A DNA stretch of 64,000 nt. It comes from Iphione sp. A-MEVVRFRX5. Its lineage: Eukaryota. The stretch is from NCBI GenBank assembly GCA_976226885.1, contig OZ320313.1, positions 64,418,001 through 64,482,000 of the forward strand, given 5' to 3'. Each line of letters opens with the position of its first letter. Positions within the stretch are counted from its first letter, which is position 1. Below are positions 37,440 to 52,182 of the stretch, piece by piece. The notes below the pieces were generated by a model that searched no databases, was not told where the DNA came from, and was given only the letters and a program-made list of their open reading frames with translations. The position numbers and the translations under genes were made by a program.

Positions 37440-37650
37440 AAGGGGAACGAGAACCAAAACTAAAGTAGTAAATACAAATTCAGTGATCGTTATCTGGTTG
37501 GTAAGGATTAAGACCGTGGATTGATAAACCGACCAACTAATCAGCTGGTTGGTGTCCCACGGGACAAAACACAACGCACGGGGTCCGGAATCGATCCTGC
37601 CACCTCTGGGTCAGCACACCAGGCCTCTTACCAACCGAGCTGTTCAACTT
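37440..37650 (-). mobile_element. tRNA-derived SINE (decayed)
   Basis: On the - strand, A-box-like AGCTCGGTTGGTAAGAG (37625-37641) and B-box-like GGATCGATTCC (37587-37597) at tRNA spacing, followed by non-tRNA body with no cloverleaf acceptor stem. The 3' end is approximate. Confidence 0.6.
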
Positions 37651-38169
37651 CACAAGTGAAGTGTCACGAGTGCACAAACGCATTGTGTGCATTTGTGATA
37701 ACTCGATTGGAAATTCAATTTCCACGGTCAGGATTTAATTATGATAAAAATTGATCGAGTTACCGCCCGGGCCCTTCCTGTAGCAGAAGCAAGACAGTCG
37801 CCGACACCAGCAGCATGCTGCATAGAACTGTGCTAAAATAAATGGGTCTTCAGCTGCAGGCGCCTGGCCATTGGGTGGCAGCGCCCTTTACACCAGCTAG
37901 ACAGTACATGGTTCCTCCTCCTTCCACTTGTTCAACAGAAGGTCTTCATGTGTTATTCTCCTGGTGGGAATGGTGTCTTAAAGGGCTGCCTACCTTACGG
38001 TGATATGGTTATAGCAAAATCTAAGAAAGAGTGGCGCCTATATGAGATACCTGCCGCGCACTCGCATCTTTAACATCGTTTAACGAGTGATGGAAAGAGA
38101 TTTTTTTCAGTTTTACGTAAGACTTTTTCTCTAAAGCTAGGAAAATTTGCCCGGTGTGTAATATCAACC

Positions 38170-38640
38170 TAGAGATAAACAGCCCCTCCCCCCCCCCCTT
38201 TTGATTTTACCCCGGCGTGGCCCTCAAAATAAGAGCCCGTGAGATAATTATCTAATAACAATTCACAAGATAAAGAAGGAAAATCTGCTTTAATTAACCA
38301 GTCCTGGGTCGATTCATCATTTCTTTCTCCATAATCGTTAACAGTTACAATGATAAGTCGGTTACCTTTTGGAGCCAATGAATGATAGTAGGTGACACAT
38401 CGTTTTTAAATACCACCAATAAAACACCCAAATCCCACTGCCTTGTTAATTGATAGTTCCACATCATGAAAAATAGCGTCATTTGCTAGGGACCATTCCT
38501 ATAATTCCACCACAAAAGCCGGCCCCTTGAGGCTCGCAAGTAGACCATCCAAGCCTCTGTGATGGATATTTATGTCGGGATTTTTAGACGGCTTAAACCT
38601 TCCAAGAATATTTTTTAACACCCACGCTGTAATAAATCAC
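38170..38640 (-). mobile_element. Possible LINE endonuclease N-terminal fragment
   Basis: 'NPD...ITEAWM' (PD.I.ITETWL-like) and, downstream, 'KGGGGGAVYL' (RGGGVAVY-like) appear in the expected order but are heavily decayed. Confidence 0.3.
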
Positions 38641-41600
38641 ACAGAGGAAAGACCTGCAGTCCTGAGCAGGAGGCCCTCTCCTGAACACAGGTGCTTGCCT
38701 TGACACTGTGCTCTAGCAAGCAGTAAAGATCTCATGTCTCGACGTTGAGTCTGGCAGCAAGAACTTTGACCACAGGATCCAGGGCTTAAGCCCTCATATC
38801 CTAGTGGATTCCGAATTTGATACTACAGTCTGGTAGAAATCTCAGAGGCGACGTGAATCAAAACATCTGCCCACCTTACTTCCTAAAGGGAAGGACATTA
38901 TTTCATAAACTCCCTAACGGCTGATGATACAGTCAGAAATCATTGTCTTTTAAACTTTTGCGATTCTTGAGGCATGTATAGTGTAATTTACTTTACACGC
39001 TTTCTGATGTTCCTTCCTTACACTACTTAAAATTAAATGCACATATTTGCTACAATATAGCAGCCTGCTAGAATAATTTGATTCCTTACAATATCCTGCC
39101 TGCTTTGTGCAGTACTGCACTTAAACACGTTTATCTCGCGCAGCTCATTAGCCTTGTTATTGACGCTGAAGTATGAGATGACAATTCAGGTAGGGGGCCA
39201 AATGATGTGGGAAAACAAACTGCGGTAATTGGGGAGAGGACACTTGCACTGGCGAGTCGCAGTTTCCTATGATCTATAGCACAGATCGCGCTGTTTTCAA
39301 GGTCGATATCCATACATACATTTACACGCGCAGTTGCGGTCTTATTTGACAGGTGAAGTTTTATAGTTTCCAAAAGGACTTGACGGTTTAGGATACATAT
39401 GCATGGTCAGCCTGGGGAGTTGAGCGGAACAGTAAGAGGATTGGGTAGGCGGGGAGGACGGACGGTCCCTGATATGATTGGCCACTGACAACAGGGAGCA
39501 TGTGTGCCGCAGAGATAAAGTCAGATGGAGTTTGAAGTAAGGAAGTGTAGATAACACAAAATCATGGCGACCCACCGCCTTGATTGCCGCCAGGATATCA
39601 TAGGCTAAGTGCATTTCTCTGTGAGGCCTAATTACAAGCCTCAAGTCTGCGGGTGGGGGCACTGTTGAGCAATGGACTACCATGTCTGGAGGGCACTCCT
39701 TGGGCCAAAGGGCAAGGAAACACCCCCGGGGCGCACGAGCTTGATAAGAAAGAGCCCAACCCCGGCGGGGATTTGGGGTAGTAGAGAGGAGCACTGTTGC
39801 TGATAGGGTGAGTGATCAAACAGTAAAATGCTAGCAGAGAGTGGTAGGGGGACTATGCGTTCGGTTGGAGGCAATGTTGGTCGGCAAATGGCCATTGGCT
39901 GCTCGAGGCCTTTTCTCTTTGGGAATGTCAGCATCATGGATGCCTAGTTTCAGTTTCAACTGCGGCCGACTGTGTCAAATGATTAATGACAGATAAAGCG
40001 GCCCGTTCTAGAGCGACGCATACAGAAAGGGAAAGATGGATGCGGATAGGATGGGGATGAGTTTAGGGAGTTTGGTTCTACACTTGCTGGCAGAACGCAA
40101 AGGACCTGTCAAAAAACATCAATCCTTCTGGCACATAACCAGATACGGGTGTTAACTGTTGTCAAGCAAAGGCCCGAGCCTTCGTCGCTGTAAATCTCTC
40201 TAAAACAAACTTTTTATTACAAAACACTGAGTGCTTGCCGATCCTATCTCAGTGCGACGGCTTGATTACTGTAATATAACATCTTTGCTTGAATTTAAAG
40301 AGGCCATGCCCGAGAAAAAAAAAGTAAAAGAAGTAATGGTGATGGGTGGATGGGGGCCACATTTCACTGACAATCTTTAGAGTTCTTTCTAGAGTGCTGC
40401 AGATATGATGGGTTGTGAAAGATGCGTGTGTGCACTGGGGAGCGTTCGTAAGGTCGGCGACTGCAGAGGACATGAAAAAGGTACATAACGTCTTTTTTCC
40501 ATATCTTGGATAACTTTCGAAGTGCGACCGAACAACGTGGAAATTCTATACGAGAAATCCGAACTTTTCCTGTCAGGAAATTACACACGAGTTGTTTGCC
40601 GCGTGCCGTACATTATTGCAAGCGTGGCAGGAAATACCTGTCCATCTAAAACTGTTCTGCGGGGCGGAGGTAGGTGAACAGAGCAGAGGTGTTGCCTCAC
40701 GAACGTCGGTCTTGCCTGATCTGCCGACGCGTCCGCGCGCCGTATTATATTCTTCGCAGATGCCGATTGTGGGGGCGATAAGGCGACTTCTAATTCCCTG
40801 GGAATGACCAATTTCTACACGCCATACAGGCGATTACACAGCGTAATTGGCTCCTCGAGCAGGGCCGGATAAATTCATGAAGGCTGAGGAGGCGCGACGG
40901 CTGGGCCACAGTGGGGCTCACCGACAATCGACAGGTCTGATAACTGACATCCAGACCGCTGAAGCTGCGGGTAGAAACAATAAGAGGCGGGAAAAGCGAG
41001 GAAAAAGAAGAAGGGTCTCTGATCTCTAGGTGAGTTCATGACCGATACAGTCTGACAGCTCCCTTTCTTGATGGTAAATGGCATGGTTACCAGTATCTTG
41101 GGAGGAAGCGCTGGGGTGCGCGAAAGGAGAGATGGAGACGGGGTGGTTGGGTGTGCTTTCCAATAACTCCCCAATCGATCAATCATCAGTTGTATTTAGG
41201 CTGGAGTCAGCTTGCTCGCCGCTCTATTAGTCTTGCATGCCAGGAGCCTCTTGTTCAGACACACCTGGCTTCTTCACCCCGCGCTTGGTGACATCCAGTC
41301 ATTCTTCCCCCTTTTAATATTACATGAGCTCCCAAGAGTTTTTTTTTTAAACACCGTCGTTCGCAAAGAAACGCTGCTCCTGGGTGATGACATGAAGACA
41401 TCATCTGCCGCCACATCAATGGAAAAGCAAGATTGGTGAGATTTTCGAAACTCGTTCAAAGACGCTTTGCCAGTAGAGCTTTTACATTTATAACTGATAC
41501 AGTGACAGCTTAGGTAAGGTGTTCGGCTGGTCCTTTCCCACTGAGGTTGTCACGTGCATACTCCGGATGATGCACGAGCAGTCTTGGCCGCTCCTCGAGG

Positions 41601-44600
41601 TTCTCTCCTCTGGTATAATGATAAAGAGTATGCACAATTAAGGAACGTTCGCGGTAATTCGTCACTATCGGGTTGGGGTGAGATACCAGGGACTCGCATT
41701 GCAGTGGAGGGATGCTGTGTCCTATGGGATACGTGGCTTTGGTCTTTTACAGCATGACCCCTTCTAGCGGCAGGGGTGTGTTTAAAGGGGACTTATCTGT
41801 TTTTATAATAGGCAGCCAGTCCGGTGCCGAACACAGTATGGCTTGGAGGCTCTTGATGTTGACTGGTTTAGACTGGCCATGATAAATGGCCGAGATCACA
41901 AGACATGGCGCACGGACGAACAGGCATACCGACACCTATGAACACACATTACTTTTATAAATACCTATCGGCATGCTCACACACGGACACGCACACAAAG
42001 TTATACATATACATAACGATGGGGGGTGGGGGTTGGGTCGGGGGAGGGGAGGAAGGGGAACGCACACATCATCCTGGCTTCGGCCTTCCAGTAGCCACCT
42101 TTATTCACATGGGCTCACATTCGCGCAGAAGCACACCCACCCACAGACAGGTACACGCACATGCCAGCACACGAAGTCCTAGTCCTCTATGGAGCCCATA
42201 ACTCAGGGTCAGCCTTGGTCTATTCGGTCTCCGTCAGCCTTAAGCCGGTCTTCATCTCGCTAAGGCTTGGCGGAGCGGGCTCCTGTGCCTGTGATTGGCT
42301 TTTGGGGGGGGGGGGGGGGGTAAGCAGTATAGAGCGAGGGGGCTGGAGTCATTACATTGGCCCGAAAACACTGTGGGCGGGCCGGACGATTAACAGGCGC
42401 CAATATTTCTCCACCATAATGGTTCCCATGGACACGTCCACGTCCCAGTAGTAAGCTTTCGTAGGTGGCGGTAGCGGTCGTCCTGGGGTGGCGGCGCCCT
42501 CCCCAGCACAGATGGCCGCCCAAGATCTGCAGCGGTTTATAAAACAAGCATGCACCTCTTATGCCATCTCCCCAAACGCCCCTATAGTTTCTTTCGAAGT
42601 GAAAGTAGCTCCTATCCCCCAATTAATCTCAGCAAGTCGTCCTGCGCTTGCTTTTTAATGGCCCAAAGCCCTGTCTGTGGGACACAGACCATGCCAACGG
42701 ACTGGAGTAATTACAGCAGGAACTGCTTACAGGTTGTCTTTGGGACAACTGCCATGTTATTTGTGGAAATCCACGAAACGTGGCTATTCCACGGGAGACA
42801 CCGCTACTAACCTTCCCCAGCGCCGGGAGATTTGCATGCAACTACCTCTTTCTTAAGCAATGCTATTAATCCCTGCCAGAGATAACGAAAACAGCCTCTG
42901 ACCGTCACGTGCAATCCGTCACCATCATATTGACGGAAAGGTCAATGTGTAAATCACTGCTATTGAAATAAGATGGGAAAACATCCCGTACGTTTGCGCT
43001 TCACTCCTCGTTCGTAACAATCAAAATTTATTTAACGCCTTGTTTTTTATTCATCTGTGTGGTTGAACCTGTTTAAATTCTGTATGCTTGGCATTAAACA
43101 TTTGCCTGCCATTTTCAAGTCTATTATTTTTGTCTATGGTTATCTACGATCATAGTCTACGAAAAGAAAAACTTGTACAGGCTCTGTAACCTACGACTGA
43201 CTTTAGAGGAAAAAAGGAAAGTGTTCGTCTACCTCACTATCTATAGGAGAGGTGAAGCCCAGGGTAGTACATGACACTGGTATTAAGCTTATTGTCACAA
43301 GAAAAATAAGAAGGCGCTTTATAGAATGGAAGCTTTCGGGACAAGCTCTACGTGTGTTTCATCCTCAAGCGTCATTTCCTGATAAGGATCTATGAATGGA
43401 GAGCAACTTAATTTGTATGAGATCGTTGCAAATATCTGCGATGAGCCAACAACTTTTTGACAAGTATGACATTTGACTGCTGGCATGTAAAGAGTTGTCT
43501 TTAGTCCAGCAGACAATTTTTAACAGAGATGCACTTAAACTGGCAAACATGATAGCTGGACATAACACAGAACAAGATTTGTTATTCCTTGTGATGTAGA
43601 CCTGATAGTCGGTAGACACACTTCTAATAGAAAATTCTTAAGAAAGCGGCGCCTGGACTTAACAGACATGAGATGGACAACACCTTCCGCGCTCTTCTGA
43701 TGTCTTCTGAGAAAACCACGGTGAATACCTAAACCCTAATTTGAAGATAAACCTTCATAACCTGGCTTTACGGTGCCATCACGTGGGAACTCTGCCGTCA
43801 GCCAGCACAGCAGGGCTCTCTCTCCCACCCAATCCCCCCCCCCCCCCCCCCGATGGAAGACGGGTCTGTTGATGTGCATGGGCAGTGACACTAGGAGGAT
43901 CAGCGGCCTGATTGGATCTGATTATATTCACGGTAGCCGACTGGGATCAAAGACATAACCGCCCGACTCTGACCTTCTAGCGACGCGCTCACTTCATCGG
44001 TCCCGCGGCTTCGGACAAAGGCCAACTAGTCGCATCAGCTAACTGACACGGTCTCTTAAACATTTTAGAGCCAGTCGGGTGCCATCGTCAAAAACAATGA
44101 AAATAGTTTTTGTCACAGAACGTCCCAAAGGTACTTCCTGATACAGCTACTGATGCTACTGACGCGATGCAAAAACACTACAGTCGACTATAAATGAAAT
44201 CAGCATTCAGCGAGGCTGAAATACAACGACGCGCGAACAATTGAAGACACAAAAAATGTCCCCTTAATGATCCTTAAAAGTAGGACAAGTCTTGATTTCT
44301 TTTACTCGTACAGGTGAGGAGGTGACTGACAAAACAAGGTGGACCGGTAATTAAGAAAAAACCCAACTTACTCCATTGACCATTCCCAAATGGACAAAAA
44401 GTTCTCGCTTAATTAAGGTAGTGCAGGAAGTTATGTATTTGCTGTTCGTCGTCGATTATGTTGAGCCGACTCTTTGGTATGAGATGACGTAATTAGGCCC
44501 AAAGTGAAGCGTCGGGAACGAGAGCCATAATGAATTTTAAGAGGGATTGGTGCTGAAGTTGTAGGTGGAAGGGGTGCGGGGGGGGGGGGAGAAGCAGGGT

Positions 44601-47600
44601 TCGAGTTCAGGTTAATCCACCACTACAAAGAAGAAGGTCGATTAGCCTCATCACCAGTATAAGGAGATGCTCCATCCGTCGTCAGGGGCAACCCTAAGAC
44701 GGTAACCATGGTGACCGAGGGCAGGGGGCGACACAAGTGCTCACCAAGAGCTAGATAGTTAGAGGTTGGTCGAGGTCGGACTATGAGTAGTAGAGGGCAG
44801 CATTAGATGGCCTAACTACTGAGAGTTTTGTATTGCTGTCTACTGCTCTTCTCGTCAAACTGACTTCATAATTCTGTTCAGTCAAATACACCGACACACT
44901 GAGCGCCAATTGTAACATCTGTAGTCGAGTGCAGACATCACGAGGCAGAGACGGTCTCCAAATGCCCAATTCCGGACACTACTCACACCGGCCCAGCTTT
45001 ACCATATGACTCAAGCTCGGTTTATTTCTACCGTTTTAAATGACTATCACTACAGCAGCTCCACCATCAATGAAAGTTTTCCCCTGTAACCACCGCATCA
45101 TTTGCCTCTACTGATGCAATACCTCATCGCGTGGAAGGGCCTTCCCGCAAACGTTACCATGGCAAGAGCTTGAAGGAAGGCCGTCATTCCCGTCTAGTGA
45201 CTGCTTTAAAGATGATGAGATGTGATGCGTAGCTACAAAGATCCTCTTTCAAGTCCTTAGGTCGGCTCTCTGCAAGTCCGACTTGTCCAAGATAAAAGAT
45301 ATACACACATATATATATGTGTGTGTACGTATATAAATCTATATATATCGCTGTCTCACTAGGTTCAGTAGACACACAGGACATCTACATGTATATAGAA
45401 ACATCGCGAGTGCCGGTGAACGGCCACTACATTCATCTGTCTCCGAGGTACGTAAAATATACAGCACGTGACGGTCGGCTCTGTGTCAAGGAATCCTGCC
45501 AGTAAGGACACGAATTCCAAGCGCCCTTTTTAAAAACTGGTTTTCCTCATAGTTGTCCGTTTTGTTATTGATCTGCAGGATGAAGGTTTCCTGCTTTTTG
45601 TGACTGGGAGACAGGCGCGTGTCTCTTGCCACAGGCTGAGAACTGATGGGTGGGTGGGGAGATGGCGGCAGGGGGGGGGGTAGGTATACTGGCTGGGATT
45701 TGTAAATCTACTTTCACTGTTATAGACCCCTCTCGTCCATCGAATCTGGCCCCGATGTTCGTGCCCCCCCCCGCCCCCCAATACTCCGCCACCCTATCCC
45801 CCACCCTCTCATTCATGCTAGCTTCCTACCATCTCCACATACAAACTCATCTACGTCAGAATCCTGTGCATATCGCCCACCTCCTCTCCAAACCACCGAA
45901 CTCAGCTACGACAGTCCTCGGTCACCAACTGCTAGAATCACCAACTGCTGCTCCATCCCTCCCTACTTCCTGAACTGTCTTCGATAATAAAAGCTTTCAC
46001 TAATGTGGCTTGCTCATCAGGGATAATGAGGGCATCACCTCAACCAGTACAAGCAGGGGGGCTTGAACGAGAGCGTTGGCCAACCCAGCTATCGCTCCTC
46101 CGCAGTTCACCACATCCCGGTGATTTGCCCCCGGGGTTAAAGCCCTCAGGACGGGGACAGAGCAGGAAGGGGTAGACCAGAGTATGCTTTAGGTTGATGC
46201 GACCATTAACTGGGGATGACCGACTGTTGACTATCGCTGCAGCCGGCCCAAAAGACAATGTACCAAATGTTATCTGGCTTTCATTTTAAGCTTGGGAGTT
46301 ATGTCATGTTGAAGTTGGGTGTACGGCGCTGTAATGTTATAGAAATATCAGTTTGGGTGTTGACAAGATCAGCTGTTCCCTGGGTGTGCATCGAGATGAA
46401 TGGTGTGGACAGACTTTAGCCTACTGGGAAAAGGATTCTCCTACAGTATGCAAAAGGGGAGGGAGAGCGGGTTACAAGCTGACATAAGCAAACCTGCTGG
46501 ATAAAGAATCCAACGGTGGCTAAATGCTGCTCTGATTCAGACTCCTTACAAAGTCCCTGGTTTGATGTTGGATTCTTCGCCTTTTTGTTTTGTCTGTGTT
46601 TTTTTTCTAATTTGGTTTAGTTAAAGAAGGAAACCTTGGTTTGCTGTCGATGCCACATGAGCCCTTGGTGTGGACGAGAAGTCCAAGAGGCCAATCAAGA
46701 CCAGGACTGTTGGAGGGGCATACTGACCCTCGTCTTTTTATCAGAAAGAGAGAGAGAAGCAACTTCGATAGGACAGCTGGACGGGTGTAGTTGCATTGAA
46801 GAGCTGGGTAGATACATGCTGAGACAGCTGAGGTCTCTTGTTAGGGGAATATCATTGGTAATGATTGCTTCAGAAAGCCGTCTTTACCGGGTGCAATTAG
46901 GTGAGGATGCTGAAAGCTTGCGGCCGCTTGCCAATACTGCCGGCGGCATTAGCCAGGAATAATGGGACTGTCACAAACCTTGCACCATCCATGAGGAAAG
47001 TCCCACTGCCTGTCAACTGTCACAATGTGGGTCTATCTGCTGACAGCTAGTCTAATTCCACTTAGTCACAAAGTTAAATAAACTGCATCATCAGCCACTG
47101 GGCACTTACCAATCGGCCTCAGACGGGAACGACCGCAAACTCACCTAGCCTGCAGGCATACGAGTCTGCTCCAAATACGATCTGCGACAAATCCTTCGTG
47201 CCCACTGGCAGGGGAGTTCCAGAAATAATCCTGCTCCGTCGGAAAACTGCTCCAGAGGCAATTACCCTCGGGCTCATTGTCTTCTTAGCTTGCATATGTC
47301 GTTCACTTGTTATTACACGCGGCAAGTTGAAACACGCCAAACATAGCATTAGGCCTTTATCGACAAACGGGTTGCTACTGATTCTCTCAAGGTACTTAAA
47401 ATCAATACACTTGTGATTCGATAGACTTTCGCCTACAAAGAGAGACATTTTAGACCATTGAAGCGAGGATGCCGAGGTATTGTTATGGGTAAATATAACA
47501 TTAATATAATTGATGAGGTCCCACCAAATCCTTACAATAAACGAAGTCGTATAGTGCGGACTCCAAGAAAGTCCCCAATGGGAGCAACCTACCTAGGTCA

Positions 47601-48179
47601 TTAATTCTGTCAAGAAATTCAAGATTTGAACCAATCTTGTATCCATCTACATGTTCTTCGTGTCGCAATGTTAGATAATGCCAGAACACGTACACGGTGC
47701 AACCATTTTTGTTAAATTCTACCCTTTATGTAACAAAATACCTGGTAGCGTCCAATTTTACAGAGTATTCCCACATATATGAAAACAGAAACAGATAAAA
47801 GCGCCCTTACTAAAATCATATTGGTGTGGGAAAGGTAATAGGACGGGGCCTGTACACAGTATACTACGTCCTTCCAATTCTACTTCCTCCAGCAATTTTA
47901 AATGAGAGTTGTGATAAACATCTTTGATTGTTTTGGCGCCAGCCATGAAACGAAACCTTAATATATACAGATATTAAACCAAACCAATTATCTTAACCAT
48001 GTTGAATACTTATACAGAGGAAGGTAATCTATGACGTGCGGTACCTATAACACCTGTAAGCTCATATTACCGGATTGGCCTGTCTGAAGCAAGTTCTTTG
48101 AAACTCTCTAATATAAAAGAGTCATTGAAACACAGTGCCCAAAAGTCTGGCCCCAGAAACACAAAAGAACCTCACTAGT

Positions 48180-48430
48180 GCATCACGTGGGGGCTCTGCT
48201 GAGCCAATCAGCGCCGAGAAAGAGCCGAGGGGGGCAACACTCAAGGTGTTGCCATAGATACTACTTCCTGCTCACGGCAAGGCAGGAAAATAAGGCGTCT
48301 TTTAACGACCAGCTCACGTGACCTTATCACGTGACTGCGACGGGCATCACGTCACAGTCTCGGCGTCTGTCGCATCGTTATGGTAACAAGAGGTCGGGCC
48401 GCGGTCAAGACGTCGGCCTGTGGAGTTACA
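48180..48430. promoter_or_regulatory. Intronic promoter/enhancer-like motif cluster
   Basis: CACGTG E-boxes at 48184, 48315 and 48328, CCAAT at 48204, X-box-like GTTGCCATAGATAC at 48248-48261, and ETS-like ACTTCCTG at 48263-48270, all in CpG-rich sequence. Confidence 0.45.
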
Positions 48431-51400
48431 TAAAGAGGGTAGGTAGTAGAGGGTCACAAACAAAACTCTTGATTAGAAAATCCTATCTGCTCATTGATGA
48501 ACGTAACTAACCTCGTAAAATAACCCCGATGACGTTCTGTGCCGGGTTTTTAGTCTCGAGTGCCTTCTCCATGTGCTGATTTTATTACCATCGTTAGCTG
48601 CACTGGGTGGGTGGATGGGTAGATAGGTGGTGGGTAGGCGCATGGATAGGTTGGTAGTTAAGAATTCACCGAGACACTTTATGGTCTCCATGGTAGTAGG
48701 TAGTATGGAGAACGTCAACGCACCACACTTTCTACACGATTTACCTTTTTTTTCTATTTCTGGTCAAATACTCCCAAAGAAAATTACCTCGCTCCAAGTA
48801 TTCAATGGAATAGAAATTCCAGGGTTTTAAATTGAAACGGTTTATCTAGCATGTTCTAGCTCTCCCACTCTTGAATTCAAAGCCTCCAAAGGCTGCTGGT
48901 GTAAATGGCACATTTAATTTTGGCTACTGAGAAAAACAGATAATAGACCCACGATCAGAACATTTGATGGGAAAGAATATTTGCCACTGAAAGTTCAGCA
49001 CATGTGTCCTGATCCAAAATAAACGCTGCTATCCGCGTCGCATTTTGCTTCAGAGAATCATTGCCATTTACGTGTACTTCACGAATTCTAACGGTTCGAC
49101 AGGCAGGAAATGCCACATGACTGGCGTTAGTGCCCTAGGAAAGTGCACACATAAGGCCACATTTATTATGACGTATCAGAGGGATAAACTAAGGACAAAG
49201 CAGGTTCAGTGAGCCGTTTCTTCACATCTATGATCAGGTCTAACAAGCCTGTTAAAACCTTCACCTAATTATCTCGTTTCAAGTCTCCCGAAAAGATACA
49301 GATACCTGAAACGTTCTCTCTAGTCTGATCCGTTTCTCTTCAAGGTCAGTCGTGTATTTTCTTCAAGGTCAATGCTTTGACATATATGCATGCGGCATCT
49401 TTGAATATAAATCAAGTGGGGATATATCTGTCGGGTAATGCTTTTTGCACCAAGGCTGCAACTCGAATCGGCTATTCAGAGTAAGTTACCTTTTTATGGT
49501 TTCGTCAATGGACATAGGCGTCTTGCATACAGAAGGACCCCTGAGGGCCGAAATGGAGGAGGAAGAAAATGTCCGAACTTACCACTAGAGACGGAACTAA
49601 ATGAGACTCTATATGAGAACTGGCACATACCTGGAAAAAAAGGAGAAAAAACAGCATATTACTTAACGTTTAGTGAAAATGAGAAAGTAAATATTAAGGG
49701 GGCAATAGAGTTTACATCATACGCACAACAAGCTAGAGATATAAGTGTTTTATCCCAGAACTGACAGACATACTGGCTGGCTGGTTCATTGCGAGCAGGA
49801 GCCAGCGAGTGGCTGTTGGTATCCTGTCTGCTCTGACTGACAACCAGGGAATGCATCATGAGACGGGGACAGAGTAGACGGCTTGAAAAGCGCTTCGGGT
49901 GAGTGAATGAGAGAGTGAGTGATAGGCACATGGAGGGAGGCAGGGGAAGAGGGACAGGCAGTCGATAAACATCAAGGAAGACGATAACGAGTCTGCAGAG
50001 GGGATCAACATCCTAAAACAACTCAGCTTCAGTCCTGGCGTCACCTTTCACCTTCCAGCGGCAGGACGTGAGACAAGGTAACGACTGACTGTCAGGGGTT
50101 TCTCGTGCGGCTCTTTAATGCTCTGGACGACCGTCCAAAAATAGGTATCGTCCAACTGGGCAGGCAAAGGTGGCGAGCCAGCGAACCTCATTATACAACA
50201 ATTAGGGAAGGCGAAAATAAATGCTATGGATATGGAGAGGAGGGCTGCGATGACTGATGGCTTGAGGTATTCTTGAAGGAAAAAGACCTGAATGGTGTTT
50301 TCCTCCAAGACACGGAGAAAACGACCTCGCACATCACGACTACTTTATAAATTACAGCCTGAAATGCAACATGTTCATCCTCATAAAGCGTGGAATTAGT
50401 GTTTCCATTCGGAAGTGTTTTGCCCATCTCTGCACAACATGCTCCTTAATATCTCGGCTATTGGCCTGTATGTTAAGTCTCAATATTATTCAACATGGCA
50501 GTCTAAGATTTCTCCCCCTAAGCATGGATGGCTCTCCTCATATAGGAGGTCAGCCTCTCCTTCACCGCAAGCTACAGAGAGCAGTTGGTAGGGCTATTTG
50601 GGGGCGCCGAATCAGGACTTCCCTGACCGTGATGGATGAGCCAATCAGACTGGTCGATTGTACACCTGATTGCTATTAGTGGTGGGTATTATGAACCTCG
50701 ATCACCTTATTACCAGCAAAGTCTATTGACCATCCACTTGGGCGGGTAGCACCAATGGGGCAGAACGAAGCTTGCGTGGCACAGACAGACAGACGGATAG
50801 ACAGTATGTCAATGCCACAGCTGAAAGCTTCAAATACCTTCGTAAGAATCTCTGCCTCCAAACATGTACCACCAGCAGGCATTCTGTACCATCTCTCTCT
50901 CTCTCCTGAGAACCGGTAAGAGGCAGATCTATAAAAGTGTGATCTGAACATTAAATCGAAAAAAAGACTGTGAGAAAAAAGAGTGTGTGACTAAAAAAGA
51001 CTCAAGTAACCGTATACGAAGGAAAGTTGCTAGTCAGTGCTAAGAAGACTAAGTCCAAATTAAATCTGGCAGCCAGACGGCTGGCTGGGATACGGCAATC
51101 TGCTGGCTACAGAGCTTCCAGACTACCTTCCCCAGCGGTGGCCATGAGAAGAAACGAGACAGGAGAGTGGGCAAATATAAAAGAACATGGAGCAGGAAAG
51201 TTTCAGTTGATACAAAAATCAAAGCATGTAGTGGGCAATGTTCCTTACTCTTTGAGATACTACCGAATTGTCATAGATTGTTGTAGATAATAAAAATGTA
51301 ACGGGGTCTATGTTTTCTAAACGGTTTGGATGACGGTAAACACTATTCTGTAACGTTCAAGCTGTCAGAATGAAGCTGAACATTTTAACTTTCAGTCTGG

Positions 51401-52182
51401 CAGCGCATCTGATCCAGTTACAACCTCAGACCTAGCAAGCGCTTTAATGCTTAAATGATCCTGTGAGACCCATAAAACCGTGCGTGTCTGGGGGGAACAG
51501 CTTAGCCACAAACAGTGCAAGGCGGATCACACGCGCAGTCCTCCTCTGATGCCAGGAGGTGGCAAGCAGTGGGCACGGAGGCGACTGTCTTTGATCTGAC
51601 CACTCTTACCACTGGCCAAGCCGCCGGTGCCGCAGGTCATGCAATGACCGTTTGGTGGTCGAGGCGTGTGGTGTGGCGGGCGAGCAGGCACCAACAACAG
51701 AGAGGAGGTCTCAGTGGCTGGAGAACTTCCACAATAGTGTGGCCAAAGGAGAGACGTTTCCCGTTGGGCTCGTTGATGCATGAATATTTTGATCTCTAGG
51801 TCCAAGTTTCAGTAGTTTCTCTTGCTTAAAAATCGTCTCGTTGCGACATCCCACAAAAACTACATATGACTATAAAAAACTGTACATGAAAGAGCTATGC
51901 GATGCATTACCTCGAATATAACCACAAGGCGACGCTGATTAATGAGTAATGATAATGGGTTTAGGCACTGATTAACATCTCTGTTTCTCTTGAAAGCTCC
52001 TGTCTAGAATTTCCGCCATTCTCTGTGTACCCCTCCAAGATCCAGCAGAGCCCTGAAGAGCCCCGCAGCCAGGTAGCAGTGCCTGGTGGTCACGGGAAAC
52101 CAAAGTTCAGAGCGAAAGTGCGGCGCCAGCACATATATACAGGAATGGTAGTTGGACGCAAGCTGGGCACGAGAACATTTAC

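Noticed and set aside
37587-37645. tRNA gene (also a B-box-like GGTTCGAGTTC near 44589)
   Set aside because: No acceptor stem or complete cloverleaf; the first is better explained as a SINE head, and the second has no A box.
39342-39794. 150-aa - strand ORF containing LAAIKA, resembling kinase subdomain II (GQLAAIK) or a LINE RNase H helix
   Set aside because: No Gly-rich loop or other kinase motifs nearby, no matching splice sites, and RNase H catalytic residues are not recognisable.
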